Below are positions 59,406 to 63,888 of a stretch of 63,888 nt of DNA, one piece after another. Both the position numbers and the translations under genes were made by a program. Within the stretch, counting starts at the first letter, position 1; every line of letters starts with the position of its first letter. This DNA is from Sphaeroforma arctica JP610 (lineage: Eukaryota): the NCBI RefSeq assembly GCF_001186125.1, contig NW_014040237.1, positions 1 through 63,888 of the forward strand. Direction: 5' to 3'. Under the pieces are notes generated by a model. That model searched no databases. It was not told the origin of the DNA and worked only from the letters and a program-made list of their open reading frames with translations.

Positions 59406-62388
59406 CAAAGAGGTGAACGATCAATCAGACAGAGATTCCAGAGGTGGGTATTGACTAGCTTGCGATAGTTGCGCCACCATACACGTACTTCCCTATAAGT
59501 ACCACAAGTATCATCTCGTCCGAAATATGCGCATTAATGACCGATATGCGCTCGAAGTACCTGATGGTACAATCATTTATCCAAAGTATGTGGCTCAGCT
59601 GGAAAACTTTGGGGACGTACTCATCGATATGACATTCAAACTGCACTACTACGTATCAGCCTGCTCTCAGCGCGACACTACCTCATTTGAATTCACCAAC
59701 AACACTGATGTACATTTTACTACCAAGCTTTGACATGAAAACCACATAATATACTGCGCGCACATCGACGACATAGCTATGACTACACTGGAACCATCGC
59801 TGGAGCAAACAAAGAACGACAGCACGAACCTGTCACAGCGACTCTCGAGTTAGTCCTCGTGGATAAAATAGGAACGTTAATGAGATCCAACACCTACTCT
59901 GTATCAATTATAGACGACTTTTCTAGCATGGCCAAAGAGTAAACAATCCGCGATCTGAAAGCAACTACAATTCTAGACGCTATGTTACATACATTCGATG
60001 AATGGTATATTTTAACTCATCGCCGATTTCAGTGCATACAAATGAATCGAGGCTCACAGTTTACTGCAAACGTAACTTGGCGTATGCTTGCGTATTTGGG
60101 ATACTGTTCAAGGTATGCACCTACGGCCACGCCACAATACCGTGGCAAGGTAGAGAGGCTGCAAGGTACAATGGTCCCTAGAATGCTTGTACAACTAAAG
60201 TATGCACGTCTACCGAGTACTATGTGGGCTGAATCACTGATCTAAACTACCATTATATACAATGCTATACCCTCTAATGAGAAGAGCTAATCCCCATACG
60301 AGAAATTCGCGGGATACGCATTTTTGATAGATATATTCAGAACATTCAGGTGTCACATCGCATACAAGAAGCGTGATCCAGACGGCAAACTCGACGATAG
60401 AGCACTAGATGGCATTCTTCTTGCGCAACCCTTGGACACAACACCGGACTTGTATCGTATATACTCATCTCTGACCAGGCGTATACTACAAAGCCGAGAC
60501 GTCTATATATTCGAAGACAAACTCTTTCTCTGGGAAGACAACAAATGTACAACCGCTATTGCACCACCAGACACTACGAACAGCAGTACATTCCTCCAAA
60601 TCGAGAATGGCGATTTCTAAACCGACGCAAGGACAACATCGACAACGGAAGATATGCTTAACCAACGAGCCCAGCCAATTATGACACAAAAATCGAGCAA
60701 CTCAGAATAAGTACAAATAACTTCGCCGTCAACACAACAACCTGCTGAGAGCGAAGTACATATCGGTGAGTCGGGGGCTCCCGCAGCGATTACCAAAACG
60801 CAACACGATCTTAAAGCAACCATAGCTAGAAGAACGGCAGAAGGTTGCCAAGTCCCTCGAGAACTGCGGGTCCTTGCGATAGATAATAATAATGTCAACT
60901 GGTACCACGACAGCCGCCATAAAAAACTAACTCCCAGCACTACGCACACTGTTAATTCAGCAACTTCAGCAAAACATACAAAGGTATATTTGAGATGTCA
61001 AGGAGGAATCAGCACGTTCAAAGATGAAGAGCTTGGTGATACAGCGGAAGGCATTCACTCTGGTTGACAACAAACCACTGGTAAAAAATCTCTATTCCCC
61101 CCTCGATGGGTATTCAAGACAAACCCAGATGAATCAGGACAAGTCACACGACTTTAATCACGTTTGAACGTAGCAGCATTCAACGCAAAAAAGGGAGTCG
61201 ATTGCGATGGGAGCTATGCCCCAGTAGTACCCAAGGAAACACTTAGGACCTGTCTAGGTCTAATGGCACACTACGGCATGGACATTCGACAACACGTTGC
61301 ACCCTCGGCCTACCTCACTCAAGAACCGGATACTTCTAGCTACATGCGAGTACCGCAAGGATGAGACCTCGTTGAACGTCTACTTGATCCGTCCCAGAGA
61401 CAATTTTACGAAATGCACAAACAAGGAAACACAAAGGTCGTATGTCGAGATGACCGTTGTGTATACGGCCTACCAGCTAGCGGACAATACTGGTTAAAAG
61501 CTATTCTATGTTTTGCTATACTCTACCATTATGAACAAACACAATTGGATGGGACATTGTTCACCAAACAAACCCACAGTGGACCGTGTTTCATTATTGT
61601 ACATGTAGCATGTCAGAGTAAGACTGACGGACAAAAACTAGCTGACGCAATGAAAGGCGAATGGAAAACTGTCGAGATGGGCATACCGTCGTGGTTTCTC
61701 AAGTGCAAAGTGGAAATTAACCCTGGAAGAGTACGTCATTATCAACGACAATACCTAAGAGAAATATTGCAGGAATGGGGATTGATAGACTGTAAACCAG
61801 CATGGGTGCCAATTCTAGAGTCGGACTATGAAGTAACAGATAAACACACATATCTCCCAGAAAAAGCGGCTAGTTTAGACGTCCCAACGATCCCACAATA
61901 CAACAAGCTAATGGGTCAGCTACGATACCTTTCAGATCGAACACAAGTGGATATATGCTTTGCTGTTTCGATCCGAAGGCGCTATCTGTCAGCACCACAG
62001 TCCCACCACTTTAGAAGAGCCAAGCGCTGTTTGAAGAATCTCACTGGTACTCAAGACTTCGGTCTCGAATACACGAACAAAGAACCATGTATTCTTCATC
62101 TGAGTGTGGACAGTAGTTTCGCTAGCGATGACACAACAAGTGGATTCTCCACCGGGCGAGTGGGCATCATAGCAGCCGCACCGTTCATGTGGGGAACAAA
62201 TTTGCAACAGCTAGTAGCAGTGTCTACAACAAAGGCAAAATACGTCGCACAGTTTGATACAGCCAAAGACGCAGCATCGGCTAGGAATCTCTTCACGGAA
62301 TTCGGCATTCCACTCGTAGAACTCAACACCATAGAACAGGACAACAAGTCAGCAATACTAATGGGGAATGGTATCAGGAAATCCCGCT

Positions 62389-63888
62389 CTATGGCTTTTG
62401 GTAATGGTGGTGCTGGCTCTGGTACTGTATTCACTGCCTGTTCACCACTGGCCAAAGCCCTACATTCCTTTCAGGGATCAACTCTGAGTTGGAATCGCCT
62501 GGGATGACGGAGGATCTGTGTCCTCTCGTTCATGTCTATTGAAGACTCCCGCACACTTAGGAACAACGATCGGATCGTCCGCTAGCAATTCAACCATAGT
62601 AGAGAACCATTCGGCCCATGACCAATATGGGCACACCAACGTGCACCATACTATTCCTTCTTTAGCCTTCTTTACAACTGCCGATAACAAGGTCCAGGGA
62701 GGGTTTAAGAACCAGTTCACACTGGGATCTTCCCAGTAACGCACAAACACCCCGCCTTACAAACTAGGAACACGATAGAATGGTAGTATTGCGTTTCCAG
62801 GCAAAGCAGATCCATCGACCGTATGCAGCCCCCAACGTTTTTCTGCCTGCCGAAAATATGATGTGAGATAGTATTCCTCCGTTGAGGGCATAGATACTAG
62901 ATACTAGAGGATCAGCAAAATAGACTCTAAGATCTTCCTGACAGCCTTTAACTCGCATTATTGGGTCAATAGTGACAAATAGCCTGGGCAACACGTCCGC
63001 CACTGGGCTCTCAGCGCCAGGCATGTGTAATAATTCTACGTTAAAATCCCTTATAATATCGTAATAGCGGTCTATCCTTCTCCCTCTGATATCATCCATG
63101 AATAATTCCCTGGGTATGGAAAATATGGTCACTAGTGGTTGATGATCGGTGTAAAGTTGAATAGCCTTTATCGAGCGGCAATGTCTCACATTCTTCCTTA
63201 TGCCATATACTAATGCCAATGCCTCTTTGTCATTTATGTGATTTGATTTCTGCGCAGCATTATATCACGACGAAAAGAAGCTGACTGGAAGATAGCTGTC
63301 GCCCCTCAGCACCGTATGAACCCCCCCCTCCTCCAAACGCCGGCCGATCCGCATGCGTCTGCGAACATCGCCAATTGTTCCACAGGTAAGGTCTCTACAA
63401 GTATTGCACACTGCCGCAGTAGCTCCCCTATCTGGTAGAATGCTTTGCACTGTTGTTATTTGCATACAAACATACTATTTTCTTTAAGTAATATCTCAAC
63501 TGGCTGGAGTATTCTGGCAAAATTAGGCACATATTCTGCCCACCAATCTATTTTATGGTACCAAGACATTAGCAAGTCTTTAGAAGTAGGCTCAGTGAGC
63601 TCTGGTATGGCATGTGGACGTACATCTCCCATAGTTGATCCTCTATAATCCAACAGTCTACCAATTATTACTTCATGCGTCCTATACTGCGCTACTATAC
63701 ACTTGGAGTTGCACGTTTAACGCTGACACCTTTCCATAAATAGTTTTAAACATGACAACGATATGTCATCTATGTAGCACATCACATCACCTAGTCCAGC
63801 AAATATCTCCTCCAGCACTTGTTGACACCTCCATGATGCCTTTTTCAATCCAAATGGCATTCTCACGAACCATATCCCCCAAACGGCG
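62389..63888 (-). mobile_element. Degenerate Ty3/gypsy-type pol (RT-connection-RNase H) followed by an N6-adenine methyltransferase-like domain; runs off the right edge
   Basis: Minus strand reads RMPFGLKK...VMCYIDDI (RT) and WWAEYVPNFARILQPVEILLKENSMFV.K*QQCKAF (connection). RNase H reads MFADAC..G.G....PVSFFS..YNAAQKSNHINDKEALALVYG..LYTDHQPL..RIDRY..IRDFNVELLHMPGAESPVADVLPR. It continues WICFAWKRNT..., YWEDPSVNWFLNPPWTLLSAVVKK...TLVCPYWSWAEWF. Confidence 0.88.

Larger units (their letters stand above)
57500..62388 (+). mobile_element. Degenerate Ty1/copia LTR retrotransposon (probable 5' LTR remnant, gag, integrase, RT, RNase H; 3' end lost)
   Basis: Gag-like region 57840-58500 and CCHC knuckle CAFCNNRRHSIG*C (~58656-58700). 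Integrase IQMNRGSQFT..TPQYRGKVERLQGT (~60035-60170) and GKLDDRA. RVT_2 RWVFKT...GVDCDGSYAPVV (~61100-61230), VYGLPASG..W. RNase H VDSSFA..VAVSTTKAKYVA..EQDNKSAI. Integrase precedes RT, which is the copia order. Many stops and frameshifts. Confidence 0.92.

Noticed and set aside
61413..62507. 364-aa ORF as an intact pol with a novel C-terminus
   Set aside because: The last ~40 aa are read-through into the antisense strand of the gypsy-type element, and catalytic motifs are degenerate (no YVDD).

Overview
Eukaryotic, intron-dense genomic DNA with GT-AG introns, long (TA)n/(TATG)n tracts and scaffold gaps. Gene content looks like a unicellular opisthokont/holozoan, possibly an ichthyosporean; this is inference only. 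I spliced the exons by hand and recovered seven genes. In order: the 5' part of a Misato/DML1 gene (-), an intronless secreted cysteine-rich prepropeptide ending in a knottin-type 6-Cys peptide (+), PHAF1/C16orf70 (-), HSD17B7-like 3-ketosteroid reductase (+), a SMYD-like split-SET methyltransferase lacking MYND (+), a (6-4) photolyase (-) and exportin-1 (+). The last ~10 kb is a transposon graveyard: a probable Sola3-like DNA transposon relic, then a decayed Ty1/copia element, truncated by an inverted Ty3/gypsy-type pol. The most striking observation is that this gypsy-type RT-RNase H is followed directly by an NPPW-type N6-adenine DNA methyltransferase-like domain, an arrangement I associate with DIRS elements rather than LTR retrotransposons. 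The second is the knottin precursor. All family assignments are from remembered motifs; no searches were run.
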